In this document: positions 9,798-19,777 of the stretch, in pieces
How positions within the stretch are numbered: the first letter of the stretch is position 1
Layout of the letters: every line of letters begins with the position of its first letter
Source: a bacterium
GTDB taxonomy: Bacteria > SM23-31
Assembly: GCA_965249485.1 (NCBI GenBank)
Contig: OZ252239.1
Span: 3,488,001 to 3,552,000, forward strand
Direction of reading: 5' to 3'
DNA length: 64,000 nt
Notes under the pieces: generated by a model
The model's input: only the letters and a program-made list of their open reading frames with translations
What the model was told of the DNA's origin: nothing
Databases searched by the model: none
Program-made: the position numbers and the translations under genes

Positions 9798-10433
9798 ATG
9801 TTACAAAATCAAATGGACCAAATTTACAAACGTATTCCTACAGCTAAAATACCCTGGAATTTTGAAACACTTCCTGATATTCTGAACACGTATGTACAAT
9901 CGCACATCACAATACCGGGAAAAATAATTGAGTTAGGATGCGGAGCTGGGAATTATGTAATTGCACTTACAAAAATGGGTTATACCGTAACAGGTGTGGA
10001 TTTTTCTCACACTGCTATAGAATTAGCACAAAACACTGCGTTCCAACAGGACGTTCGATGTAAATTTATTGCAGCCGATGTGCTTAATGGTTTAGATGAT
10101 ATACTCGACACATTCGATTTTGCGTATGACTGGGAGCTATTGCATCATATTTTCCCTGATGACAGAGAAAAATATGTATCCAGCATTGATCGACTTTTAA
10201 ATCCGGGAAGCCACTATTTATCGGTCTGTTTTAGTGAAGATAGTGTTCAATTTGGCGGCAGTGGGAAATATAGAAAAACTCCTCTCGAAACAGAACTTTA
10301 TTTTTCATCAGAAGACGAAATCGCATCACTATTCACACCATTTTTTAACATTATTGAGTTAGAAACAGTGGATATTCAAGGGAAATTCGGCATTCATAAA
10401 GCAATTTATGTAGTTTCGTCTAAAAAGAATTGA
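9798..10433 (+). CDS. Class I SAM-dependent methyltransferase
   Basis: IIELGCGAG motif I, GVDFS, FDFAYD. Confidence 0.88.
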   Translation: MLQNQMDQIYKRIPTAKIPWNFETLPDILNTYVQSHITIPGKIIELGCGAGNYVIALTKMGYTVTGVDFSHTAIELAQNTAFQQDVRCKFIAADVLNGLDDILDTFDFAYDWELLHHIFPDDREKYVSSIDRLLNPGSHYLSVCFSEDSVQFGGSGKYRKTPLETELYFSSEDEIASLFTPFFNIIELETVDIQGKFGIHKAIYVVSSKKN

Positions 10434-10461
10434 TAGTATTTTCAATTTTGGAGAATTTCAC

Positions 10462-10755
10462 ATGATTGCAAAAAAATTGACCAATGTATTGCTGCTCGTA
10501 ATCTTGATATTATTCATTGCCGGATGTGTTCCCGGAGATGGTTCGAGTTCACCAAACAATCCTTCCGGATTTTTTTCCGGTATATGGCACGGTTGGATTG
10601 CCCCAATTTCATTAGTGTGGGGATTTTTCAATTCATCCGTCCGTGTCTATGAGCTTTTCAATACCGGTTGGTGGTACGATTTCGGATTTTACATTGCCAT
10701 TATCGGAGGATTTGGTGGATTATCATTTATTCGGAAAAAATCCAAGGAATATTGA
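10462..10755 (+). CDS. Small membrane lipoprotein, unknown function
   Basis: Lipobox IAGC; GFFSGIWHGWIAP...NTGWWYDFGF. Confidence 0.75.
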   Translation: MIAKKLTNVLLLVILILFIAGCVPGDGSSSPNNPSGFFSGIWHGWIAPISLVWGFFNSSVRVYELFNTGWWYDFGFYIAIIGGFGGLSFIRKKSKEY

Positions 10756-10846
10756 TTCAGCATTGCATTAAAGATAACTGAGACAAATGTGCCTACGTAT
10801 TAAAACTATTTTTTAATATAGTGTTTTAGTCTTGTGGAGGTATTAC

Positions 10847-11800
10847 ATGAATATGAAGCATATCCTGTTGTTATTCTTTTTTATTATATCAGTTTGCATA
10901 TCGGCAATTTCCACGAATGCCCAGACCCCCAATTGGGAAGAGTCCAGTGCGTTCCTGAACGGTGCCATCGACGTCCATGTTCATAATATGCCGGACAGCG
11001 GTCCACGAGCTATTGATTCGTTCGAATCGGCACGCATAGCACGGCGGTATGGTATGCGGGCACTGCTGTTTAAGAATCATTTTACCCATACCGCTTCAGT
11101 TGCCTATCTTGTCAATCAGATCGTTCCCGGTATCGAAGTTTATGGAGGTATAGTTTTGAATAATACCGCTGGTAGGATTAATCCTCGGTCAGTGGAACAC
11201 ATGGCACTGACGACTGGCCGGCTTGGACGTGTTGTTTGGATGCCGACATGGGATTCTGAGCACTATTCAAAAACACTGAGACCAAATCCCAATGTTGTGC
11301 CAATTAGCAGCAATGGCGAACTCCTGCCCGAAGTAGTGGAAGTTTTTGAAGTAATGGCCCGTTTTAATTTAGCTCTTGCGACAGGGCATTCGAGTCCGGA
11401 GGAGTCGCTCCTCCTTATCAAGAAAGCAAAGTCAATGGGCATTGAACGTATTATCGTTACACATCCAATGTCACCTGCCGTGGGAATGACAATGGAGCAG
11501 CAGATTGAAGCAGCACGTCTCGGAGCGTATGTGGAATTCTGTTTTAATCCTTTGATGCCCGCGGACACAGGACTTGCCAAACCGGATGGAGGTCTTCCGA
11601 TCGAGACGATGATTTCACATATTCGTGCCGTAGGGATAGAAAACGCAATTATTTCAACCGATTTGGGACAGGAATTGAATCCTCTCCATACCGATGGTAT
11701 GATCTATTTTATTCATCTGCTTAAAGAACAGGGTTTCACTCAAGAAGAGATCGACCGAATGTGCAAGAGTAATCCTGCACATTTTCTCGGAATGCAATGA
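10847..11800 (+). CDS. Secreted amidohydrolase-like TIM-barrel protein (DUF6282-like)
   Basis: Signal peptide; DVHVH, KNH, LATGH, VTHP, STDLGQ. GGAGG precedes ATG 10847. Confidence 0.8.
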   Translation: MNMKHILLLFFFIISVCISAISTNAQTPNWEESSAFLNGAIDVHVHNMPDSGPRAIDSFESARIARRYGMRALLFKNHFTHTASVAYLVNQIVPGIEVYGGIVLNNTAGRINPRSVEHMALTTGRLGRVVWMPTWDSEHYSKTLRPNPNVVPISSNGELLPEVVEVFEVMARFNLALATGHSSPEESLLLIKKAKSMGIERIIVTHPMSPAVGMTMEQQIEAARLGAYVEFCFNPLMPADTGLAKPDGGLPIETMISHIRAVGIENAIISTDLGQELNPLHTDGMIYFIHLLKEQGFTQEEIDRMCKSNPAHFLGMQ

Positions 11801-11833
11801 AAAACAATTCCCGGTTATGGGTGATTTTCAATA

Positions 11834-11866
11834 AAGAAAGGTCATCACATTGTGACGACCTTTCTT
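11834..11866. terminator. Bidirectional terminator between convergent genes
   Basis: AAGAAAGGTCATCAC-att-GTGACGACCTTTCTT. Confidence 0.75.
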
Positions 11867-11896
11867 GTTAATAAAACTGTACACATTTCAACAACT

Positions 11897-13000
11897 CTAA
11901 ATGTCGTCCCCCCAACCCATTTCTTTGAAGAACTCCTCACGAGTCGGGAAAATAAACGATAGAATATCGAACAGCTCGGGATCAAGAGTTCTTAAATTTT
12001 CGGGTGTCAGCGGTACCCCTTCAAACGACCGATGCCCACGAACACCATAAGAAATATCGAGTCCGAATGTCAGGAACTCGTGACTGAATGAGCGTTCAGG
12101 CAATCCATCCTGTGGCTTATAAAATCCCCGATCGATCGCAGCATAAGTTGCATGCTCAAGCCGCTCCTGAACTCCTGGATAGGCTCTCATGATGCCGCTG
12201 CCGTGGATCCGATGGGTAATTTCTTCAACCGATGCGTCGCGACGAATTCCTTCCGGTCCGCCGAGCCGTAAATAGTCGGGAATGATCTCCTCGTCCTCGA
12301 GATCCTGCGTCCGTATGCCCAGGCTCCTTCTGTGCATATAAAAACTGATTGAGGTGTTGCGTTCTTCGAATGTATAGAAAAGCGTCATGACAGAATTTCC
12401 CTCTTTAACGTACTCGGTGATCTTTCCGGACCCCCGTCTGTCTTTTGAAAGCAGTGCGTTGGCGACATTTGCCGCATACTCGATCTTTTTGGGATCAACT
12501 CTTTCAGTAGCATAGAAGCCCATTCCTCCGCCTTCCCGCCGCTGTGTGAAAATGTCTAGCGCATTTTCTTGCTTCGGGGTTTCTTCGAGCGCTATGATGA
12601 TGAGGACCTGTTCCATGAACCCGTCGCTGTTCGTCGCGCGAACCTCCGCGTAATAGTGAGCCGGATAGCTGTCGGGATGCGCCTTGAGTCTAAGCTCGGC
12701 AGTTTCAGCGTCGATTTCAACGATCTTTGTTGCATCAAGCTGGCCTTCCTTCAGGTAATTCCTCCGGTCGCCTCCGGGTACCGGCGGCACAAGACTCCAG
12801 GTAGTTTTGAGTTCATTAGGGAAAACAAGTTCGATTTCGCCGATAATTTCGCCTATTTTCGTATCCTTAGTCACCAGAACTCGGTCATATTCATCGGTTA
12901 CGATAGGTTTTTCCGCATAACCGCTGCTAACCAGGGGAGATGCAACCATAAAAAGTGCTGCATAAAGTAGTGCTGCGGTACTGAGAATAGCATTACGCAT
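11897..13000 (-). CDS. Secreted protein: cadherin-like N-domain plus zincin-like EExxH domain (paralog 2)
   Basis: Signal peptide; TQDLEDEE, RRDASVEEITHRIH, downstream HEFL, C-terminal LDPELF. Confidence 0.68.
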   Translation of the reverse strand: MRNAILSTAALLYAALFMVASPLVSSGYAEKPIVTDEYDRVLVTKDTKIGEIIGEIELVFPNELKTTWSLVPPVPGGDRRNYLKEGQLDATKIVEIDAETAELRLKAHPDSYPAHYYAEVRATNSDGFMEQVLIIIALEETPKQENALDIFTQRREGGGMGFYATERVDPKKIEYAANVANALLSKDRRGSGKITEYVKEGNSVMTLFYTFEERNTSISFYMHRRSLGIRTQDLEDEEIIPDYLRLGGPEGIRRDASVEEITHRIHGSGIMRAYPGVQERLEHATYAAIDRGFYKPQDGLPERSFSHEFLTFGLDISYGVRGHRSFEGVPLTPENLRTLDPELFDILSFIFPTREEFFKEMGWGDDI

Positions 13001-13177
13001 AATATTCCTCCAAGTGTAATTTGTGCTATATTGTTAGTGAACTATACAATACAATATTGTAATAGCAATAATTCAAAATATTTTAAATATCTCTCAATAA
13101 TCAAAAACAATAGAAGCAAATTTATTGTATAATTACTTTTTTACTCTACGCAATGAGCTCAGCAGATAGATAATCAC

Positions 13178-13211
13178 AAAAAGCCCTGAAGCAACTTATT
13201 CAGGGCCTTTT
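13178..13211 (-). terminator. Terminator downstream of the FKBP gene
   Basis: AAAAAGCCCTGAA-N-TTCAGGGCCTTTT. Confidence 0.65.
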
Positions 13212-13328
13212 AATAACGAGCTAATAATCGGAGATTTTTGTTCTATAATAAAGATCGGAGACACTATGATTTTTTAGTCACACATCATATAAACATCACG
13301 CTAAGTAAATAATCAGATTTCACAACAA

Positions 13329-13757
13329 TTATGCAATTTCTACAAGATTAATTTCAAAGTAGAGATCTTTTCCTGCCAATGGATGGTTTGCATCAAGAAA
13401 AACACTCGCGTCCGTCATATCAACAACCAGAACAGCCACTTCCTCACCAGAATCCGTAGACATTGAATACCGCTGTCCCTTTTCCGGATTGAAATCAGAC
13501 GGCAATGATGCACGCTCAATTTCAACGATTTTCTCTTCAACATAATGACCGTATGCATCATCAGCGAGAATTTTTGTGTTTGCAGAATCTCCCGGCTTCA
13601 TCCCAATGACCGTGTCTTCAAATCCTTTGATCATCATATTCTGACCAATGGTAAATGTCAATGGATCACGGTCTTCTGATGTATCAAACACTGTTCCATC
13701 TTCCAACTTTCCTGTATAATGAACAGATACAGTGTCTCCATTTTTAGCTTGCGTCAT
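13329..13757 (-). CDS. FKBP-type peptidyl-prolyl isomerase (SlyD/SlpA-like, no His tail)
   Basis: VSVHYTGKLEDGTVFDTS, LDANHPLAGKDL.F. Confidence 0.93.
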   Translation of the reverse strand: MTQAKNGDTVSVHYTGKLEDGTVFDTSEDRDPLTFTIGQNMMIKGFEDTVIGMKPGDSANTKILADDAYGHYVEEKIVEIERASLPSDFNPEKGQRYSMSTDSGEEVAVLVVDMTDASVFLDANHPLAGKDLYFEINLVEIA

Positions 13758-13781
13758 AAATTACACCTTATTGTCTTAGGC

Positions 13782-13815
13782 AAAAAAAAACCCGGTACAA
13801 TGTACCGGGTTTTTT
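13782..13815 (-). terminator. Rho-independent terminator of the cold-shock gene
   Basis: A9-CCCGGTACA-a-TGTACCGGG-T6, giving U9 on the minus strand. Confidence 0.85.
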
Positions 13816-13819
13816 GAAC

Positions 13820-14020
13820 TTATAGTGCCTTGACGTTGACGGCTTTTAACCCTTTATCCCCTTCTTCAACATCAAATTCAACGCGGTCGCCTTCTTCTAA
13901 GGAGCCATACTGGCTCGATACTATGTCACTACCGTGAACAAAAACATCATCGCCACTGTCACGCTGAATAAATCCATAATTCTTTGTGGAATTAAACCAC
14001 TTTACTTTACCCTCTTCCAT
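13820..14020 (-). CDS. Cold-shock protein (CspA family)
   Basis: GKVKWFN, RNP1 KNYGFI, RNP2 DVFVH. Confidence 0.96.
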   Translation of the reverse strand: MEEGKVKWFNSTKNYGFIQRDSGDDVFVHGSDIVSSQYGSLEEGDRVEFDVEEGDKGLKAVNVKAL

Positions 14021-14085
14021 GCTAATTACCTTTCTGCAGGAATTGATATGTTTACAATATGAGCAGTTTTAACACTCTGTTCATA

Positions 14086-14157
14086 TAGAAGCAGAATAAA
14101 CCTCGCGGTCCTAAGACACCCACATATGATGAGCTTCTACCACTCCTCGCGAAAGTG
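14086..14157 (-). ncRNA. Candidate structured 5' leader RNA of the cold-shock gene
   Basis: Two GCGA (GNRA) tetraloop hairpins and a 7-bp closing stem UAGAAGC/GCUUCUA on the minus strand. Confidence 0.5.
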
Positions 14158-14201
14158 TAATAACATGCAATCTGTTCATACCGTATTAATAGTGAAACAT
14201 T

Positions 14202-14230
14202 AATGTACAACTTATTAACAGTAAATCCAA
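14202..14230 (-). promoter_or_regulatory. Candidate sigma70 promoter for the cold-shock gene
   Basis: TTGGAT-N17-TACATT on the minus strand, implying a ~175-nt 5' UTR. Confidence 0.35.
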
Positions 14231-14430
14231 AGGTTTTAAACAATTGTCCCCATTGAGTTTTCAGCTTTAAAACGGATTAAAAACCCTTACAATCTCTGTG
14301 TTTATTACGGCCTCTAAAGAACACTACAAAAGAATAATGATATGTTGAAATTTATAAATTATTTAAGTATTTTAATCAACTTATATTTACAATTCCAAAA
14401 TCACCACGATTTAGAATTGGAACATGACAC

Positions 14431-15281
14431 ATGGGTACTATTGATTTAACAATACAAGATTTAAGAGATATGATACAGTCGCAGTTACATGATACTATTG
14501 AGCACTACCGAGACGCAAATAAGCTTAGAGTTTCAAATTATGAGCGCCCTTTCGGGCAGCCGACAGATGACGAAATTGACGATTTTATTTTTCATATCCC
14601 TCATCTCGACGAAACATTAAGTAAGCAGTTGACGAATCCCGGACTTTTAGGCTTTTTTGCTAAACTTGTAAATGCAGAAAAACAGTGGTTAGATGATTTT
14701 AAAAAACAGGTTGCCGAATGGGCGAATAACAACTCCTGGATCGGAGGGGACGATTCGACAAAAGATTTCATTCTCACGATCAGTTCTCCAGATGAGAGTG
14801 CAATATGGTACCCCAATCAGAAAAAACCAGATTGGATTCGCTCTTCACCTTCGTACCGACTACTATCAGAAGAAAAAATCCCAATGGCGCCCTGCTCACC
14901 AAATCGGCGTTGAAAGAATATGAAAAACAGATAATCTCCTGTTTAAACGACAATGGCTGGAGTGTGGATAGTACACGAATTTCAAATGACGATAGTATTT
15001 TCATATTGGCGAGCAGAGATGACTCTGATTATCTCCTCACTCAATCACTATGGGAGGCAAAAAGTATCGATTCGGAAAACCGCGTATCTTTAAGCATTGT
15101 CCACGAATTATCAGCTTCACGAGAAGAGTCTAATGGACAGAATACAGCTGTTGTATTGACCGGACAAATATCCAGCAGCAAAATTGCCTGGATCAAAAAA
15201 GATACATACAGACTTTCTGAAGATGATATAATCGACATCCGTGAATGGATCCTTGGGAAGCAGTATCCAAAAACAGTATAA
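14431..15281 (+). pseudogene. Mrr-like (PD-(D/E)xK) restriction-endonuclease-domain protein, frameshifted near 14878
   Basis: ORFs 14431..14913 and 14805..15281 join at an A-run. The C-terminal part (EYEKQI..L...GWSV..T..S.D.SI.I.A...WEAK......VSLSIVHEL) fits the Mrr_cat pattern. Confidence 0.62.
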
Positions 15282-15373
15282 CCCTAGATCGAACAGAACT
15301 TTTTGCTATTACTCTATACTTTAAATCAAATTAACATATAGGTAACAACTGATTGTTTGACGAAGAATATATG

Positions 15374-16762
15374 TTACCTTATGACATGCCATTCAGCAAC
15401 CGGATTACCTAAATATGCTAAACCCTCTTCTGTAAATGCTACAATCTGACCTAATGTTAAATCAACACCGTTCTCACCCCAATCCTCGACAGATACTCGG
15501 GTAGGTTCGGGATCAAAAGAGTAAAGTGTATTATAATGAAGTGAATGACTATTCGATACAATCGATGTCGAGTAATAGTCCGACGTTGATGTTAATCCGG
15601 CAACATAGATTTTGTGAGAGAACATATATCCTCCTTCAAGGTATCTCCGAATAAACATAGGAGGCGGGTGAAATACTATTGTTGTTGTAATAATCCCTTC
15701 TTCTAATGGTATAATGTTCGTAGCATTTACAATTTCAATCCCTGTTCTTTGATATTGAAATTCTTTAGCAAAATCAGCATGTAATCTATTCACTTTACGC
15801 AAAGCTTCTTCTAAATCATTAGGAACATCTCGTTCATTCTCTCTTAATACATACGCGAATGCCTTAGTGTCCGTCACCAAGCCAAGCAGCATTATATCTT
15901 TATCACAACCAATTATATCCCCTCTACGTATAACTAAATCGACACCATTCCCAGTTCTGCCATTAAAGAATTTCTCGGAAGGGGTCTCATACTTTTCGAT
16001 ATCGGCAGGTCTTCTCTGAACTCGTATTGTCGGATGATTTTCGTGTTCAATATTGAGGTCAAGCATCCTGTGTCTGAACCACCAATCCAAATCGTTTGTT
16101 GTAGTGACATCGGGAATTACCGTTTTATTCGAAAAACCCTCCGCTATTATATCGTTAGCTACTCCCTGTACAAATTTGTATACCCGGATCTGTTCAGGGC
16201 TCATTGTTTCAAGCCATCGCATGCTTAGAGTTTTGGAATCTACTGTACGTGCCGAATACTTTCTACCAAGTGCTGTTATCATATCCTCATTGTCAAATTG
16301 ACTGATTGCTATAGTATCCGGATCGCGATCATTCACTAAATCTGTAATATGTTCGTAATCTCGCGGTTCTAAATATTCAATTTTGTTTCCCTTGTCGTGA
16401 TATATCATGTAACGGGGTGTCCATTGAGAACCGGGCGGCTCATGAATTCCAGGCAAAGTCATACCTTCGTCATTTGCCGGAATTAATGAAGTATAGACAG
16501 GACCTTCATTATTATAATAAAGCTCAGCCTCGTTGTTGCGAATGATCCACATGTCCACATTCTGTTCACGCATTATAGCAGGTAAAACATGCTCTTTTTT
16601 CCATTTCCACCACCGTTCCATTATTTCTACACGCTCCCGCATCGGTGGAATATTCTGAATAAATTCCCCCCGATTATGGAAAGGTTTTTGCGCAAAAGAT
16701 ACATTAGAAAAAACGATCATTAATGTGATACATACCAGAGTGATTGTTTTTGAATTATTCAT
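15374..16762 (-). CDS. Secreted M24-like peptidase (divergent)
   Basis: Signal peptide; LPAIMREQNVDMWI, VIPDVTT..DL.WW, IRRGDIIGCD...VTD. The last metal Glu appears to be missing. Confidence 0.72.
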   Translation of the reverse strand: MNNSKTITLVCITLMIVFSNVSFAQKPFHNRGEFIQNIPPMRERVEIMERWWKWKKEHVLPAIMREQNVDMWIIRNNEAELYYNNEGPVYTSLIPANDEGMTLPGIHEPPGSQWTPRYMIYHDKGNKIEYLEPRDYEHITDLVNDRDPDTIAISQFDNEDMITALGRKYSARTVDSKTLSMRWLETMSPEQIRVYKFVQGVANDIIAEGFSNKTVIPDVTTTNDLDWWFRHRMLDLNIEHENHPTIRVQRRPADIEKYETPSEKFFNGRTGNGVDLVIRRGDIIGCDKDIMLLGLVTDTKAFAYVLRENERDVPNDLEEALRKVNRLHADFAKEFQYQRTGIEIVNATNIIPLEEGIITTTIVFHPPPMFIRRYLEGGYMFSHKIYVAGLTSTSDYYSTSIVSNSHSLHYNTLYSFDPEPTRVSVEDWGENGVDLTLGQIVAFTEEGLAYLGNPVAEWHVIR

Positions 16763-17029
16763 TGAATCTCTCCACTTTTAGTATAAAGCAATTACGTATT
16801 TTATATAATTCACAACTCTTTCAAAATATGTACGGAGATTAGTTACGGTATTATATTCGGAAAATGCAATAAATTTTTACAACTCAATTAACATAATAAA
16901 TGAGATTGACATTTACTGTTAAGGAATGTAGATTTAATCTTCCGAAATCACTTCATTATAATAGAGAAACACCCTTCGCATTAAATAAACTGTCATCGCA
17001 AATCATACTTGCATAGGGGAGAAATAATC

Positions 17030-18355
17030 ATGATACGCAAGCAAATTATCCTTGCCGTTCTTCTTTTGCTTTCACTTTTTCAAATTTCATCCGGTCAGGA
17101 AATGAAATCCCGGTCACGTTGGGAAATTTTGAATACAATACGTAATGAGAAATTTGATATTATATTGCCGAAAGTCATGAGGGAAAATAATATTGATATG
17201 TGGATCCACACTATCAAGCAATGGAAACCTGATCCGCTTGGTGTCGACCTTGGAGTGACAAATGGTTATTTTACGGGATATATTATATTTACCGATACCG
17301 GAGACCACAGGATTGAACGAGCGGTTCTCGGTACAAGTGATGAACTTCTCAAAAAAACAGGTGCCTACGATATTTACCAAAGAGAGAGTTCATTGAGAGA
17401 ATTTGTTGCTGAACGTAATCCGGTACGAATTGGTATCAACATGTCAAACCATATTGGCGTAGCAGATGGTCTTTCGCATACCGGCTATCTCAAACTTATT
17501 AACACATTAGGAAGCAGGTTTACAGATCGTATTGTGCCGGCGGATAAACTTATTGCCGATTTCCGTTCATTACGGGTATCGAGTGAGATAAGAGTGTTTA
17601 CACAGGCCGCCGATTTTAACAGGAGTTTGCTCGAACGTGCACTGTCGAATGAGGTTATCACACCAGGAGTTACCACACGGGAAGACGTAGCATGGTGGAT
17701 TCAAGACCAGCTGTTGACCAACGGTATGGATTCTGCGTTTGGTCTCAGTATGCCCGGATTGATCCATTCCTATACGTCCTCACCTGAAGAGTACCGGAAG
17801 TTGGAATATATCTTACAGAGAGGTGATCTGCTCCAATTTGATCTGGGCGTGAGTTATTTGAATTACGGCACCGATGCAAAGCGGCATGCCTACATTCTCC
17901 GTCAGAACGAAACCGATGCTCCACAGGAATTCAAAGCTGCCTTTGAAGAATCGCTCGAAATACGCAACCTTATCCGTAAGCATCTGAAACCGGGAAAAAC
18001 TGGCGCTGAGTTGCTCGAATACCTCTACCGTAAAGTCGAGGAAGCCGGTTATGTGCGGCAGAAAATTGAAGATAGTGTGCAGGATACAGAACTAATCGAG
18101 GTGAATATCGGTATGCATGCAGTCGGGAATCTTGGTCACGACGTCGGACCCTCAATCTGGATCGACCAGCCGTGGCGCTTCAATCATGTTCACCGACCGA
18201 CAAATCTTTTCTCATTTGAGATATTCACTTATCCTACAATCAAGGAATGGGGCGGGAAGAAAGCAAGGATTGGTATCGAGGATGATGCATATTTTTCCAA
18301 AACAGGTGTTGAGTGGCTCACCCCTGTCAATAGCGGCATTCTACTGATTAAATAA
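17030..18355 (+). CDS. Secreted M24-like metallopeptidase
   Basis: Signal peptide; MRENNIDMWI, QFDLG...GTDAKR, GMHAVG, SFEIF, GIEDD. ATG 17030 follows GGGGAG. Confidence 0.82.
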   Translation: MIRKQIILAVLLLLSLFQISSGQEMKSRSRWEILNTIRNEKFDIILPKVMRENNIDMWIHTIKQWKPDPLGVDLGVTNGYFTGYIIFTDTGDHRIERAVLGTSDELLKKTGAYDIYQRESSLREFVAERNPVRIGINMSNHIGVADGLSHTGYLKLINTLGSRFTDRIVPADKLIADFRSLRVSSEIRVFTQAADFNRSLLERALSNEVITPGVTTREDVAWWIQDQLLTNGMDSAFGLSMPGLIHSYTSSPEEYRKLEYILQRGDLLQFDLGVSYLNYGTDAKRHAYILRQNETDAPQEFKAAFEESLEIRNLIRKHLKPGKTGAELLEYLYRKVEEAGYVRQKIEDSVQDTELIEVNIGMHAVGNLGHDVGPSIWIDQPWRFNHVHRPTNLFSFEIFTYPTIKEWGGKKARIGIEDDAYFSKTGVEWLTPVNSGILLIK

Positions 18356-18382
18356 ACTAATATAAAACGGTACTAAAACATT

Positions 18383-18416
18383 AAAAAGGCTGACTCTGAA
18401 TGAGTCAGCCTTTTTT
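18383..18416. terminator. Bidirectional rho-independent terminator
   Basis: AAAAAGGCTGACTC-tgaat-GAGTCAGCCTTTTTT. Confidence 0.88.
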
Positions 18417-18452
18417 GTTACAAAATATTCTGAATAAAAAATAATCGGACAA

Positions 18453-19124
18453 TTAATTCGATTGTACAATTTCGAGAACATCCTGAACGTTCCGTTTAAA
18501 CGTACCTTCCGGCACAAATTTCTTATCGAAAAAAGCAGATCCTATAGTAAATCCCCATGCACCCGACGCCTTTACTTCCGAAATTCTATCAAAAGAATCA
18601 ATACTGCCAGCTGAGACAACACGTAGGTTCGTCGATTTAACTACGTTTCTAAGCAGCTTTTGGGCATCACCGGAATATCGGTAGGTCAGCAGGTCAAGTC
18701 CATCAACACCTTTTGCCTCCAATTCCTGGGCCTGATCCACAATTTCTTCAATACTGCCGTCAAGATTGCTCGGGTGCCCTGAAATGCTGCCGATAAAGGG
18801 AACATATTTTACTGGAGTATCTTTCAGATAGTGAAGAATGGAATCGTAATAAACTGTACCCATGAGCACATGCACGCCATAATCAACTGCAAGTTTTGCT
18901 GCCCTGAGACCGTCATCTTCGCTTAAACTGACAACTTCCAGCTTAATGGTCTTGCCTGCTTGTTTCATTGTATTGATGAGTGAGTGCATACTGTCGGAAG
19001 GGAGTCCCACATCCTTAAATCCCCAATACTTGATGGGAATGTCCTGCAAGGAATTAAAAAGCTGTTCGGCATCCTGAATTGTTTCATCATTATAGGTCAA
19101 CATTACAATTAAATCGGGTTTCAT
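18453..19124 (-). CDS. Ribulose-phosphate-binding TIM-barrel protein, unknown function
   Basis: MLTYND.T, WGFKDVGL, GLDLLTYR; C-terminal SAGSI...GFTIGSA phosphate-binding motif. Confidence 0.65.
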   Translation of the reverse strand: MKPDLIVMLTYNDETIQDAEQLFNSLQDIPIKYWGFKDVGLPSDSMHSLINTMKQAGKTIKLEVVSLSEDDGLRAAKLAVDYGVHVLMGTVYYDSILHYLKDTPVKYVPFIGSISGHPSNLDGSIEEIVDQAQELEAKGVDGLDLLTYRYSGDAQKLLRNVVKSTNLRVVSAGSIDSFDRISEVKASGAWGFTIGSAFFDKKFVPEGTFKRNVQDVLEIVQSN

Positions 19125-19267
19125 ATATCAATTTTCTTATTGTTCATATGTGTCAAATTTATTTGTATTTTAATTTTCTCATAAATTTAGTTATAACAGT
19201 GCAGACTATTAATTGTCTATAACATATTATATCCCCGGCTATAAATCAAGATTTAAATATAGAGAAT

Positions 19268-19597
19268 TCATTTCGATGGGAGCGTATTGATAAATTGTAA
19301 TGCTCTATTTACCCACATTTCCAAATCACTATCATCCTCGAATCCTTCTTCCGCCACGTAAATCAACCCTTTCATAGGTTTCCCGGTAAAATCCATTTTG
19401 CGCGCATGGGGAAGCTCTAATGCCTCTTCGTACTGCTCCGGGCCAACACGAAGCATGAGCTCCGACCAGACAATGCCGCAGCACATATTTCCTCGGACCA
19501 TGAATGCCAATCCACCAAACATCTTTTTCTCTGTAATGTCATGTACTTCCTGCATAGTTTCACGCACACGCTGCGCGACACCTTCATCATAAGCCAT
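19268..19597 (-). CDS. TfoX/Sxy N-terminal domain protein
   Basis: MAYDE..A.RVR, EKKMFGGLAFM..GNM, MDFTGKPMKG. Confidence 0.88.
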   Translation of the reverse strand: MAYDEGVAQRVRETMQEVHDITEKKMFGGLAFMVRGNMCCGIVWSELMLRVGPEQYEEALELPHARKMDFTGKPMKGLIYVAEEGFEDDSDLEMWVNRALQFINTLPSK

Positions 19598-19777
19598 ATA
19601 TTTTCCTTACTAATAAATTTTTTAAATTAATCGCTGCTTTATTGCACACACTTATGCAATATAAATGTTTGGAATGGTGAGGATGTTTCGTCGGATTGTG
19701 ATTGACGATTCTATTTCTTTATCGGTGATAATGGGAACCGTTTGAGATCATAGAATTATTACTTTAACGAAAGAAAA

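Noticed and set aside
3971..13000. DGR-like template/variable pair between the zincin paralogs
   Set aside because: Differences are not adenine-specific, and there is no reverse transcriptase.
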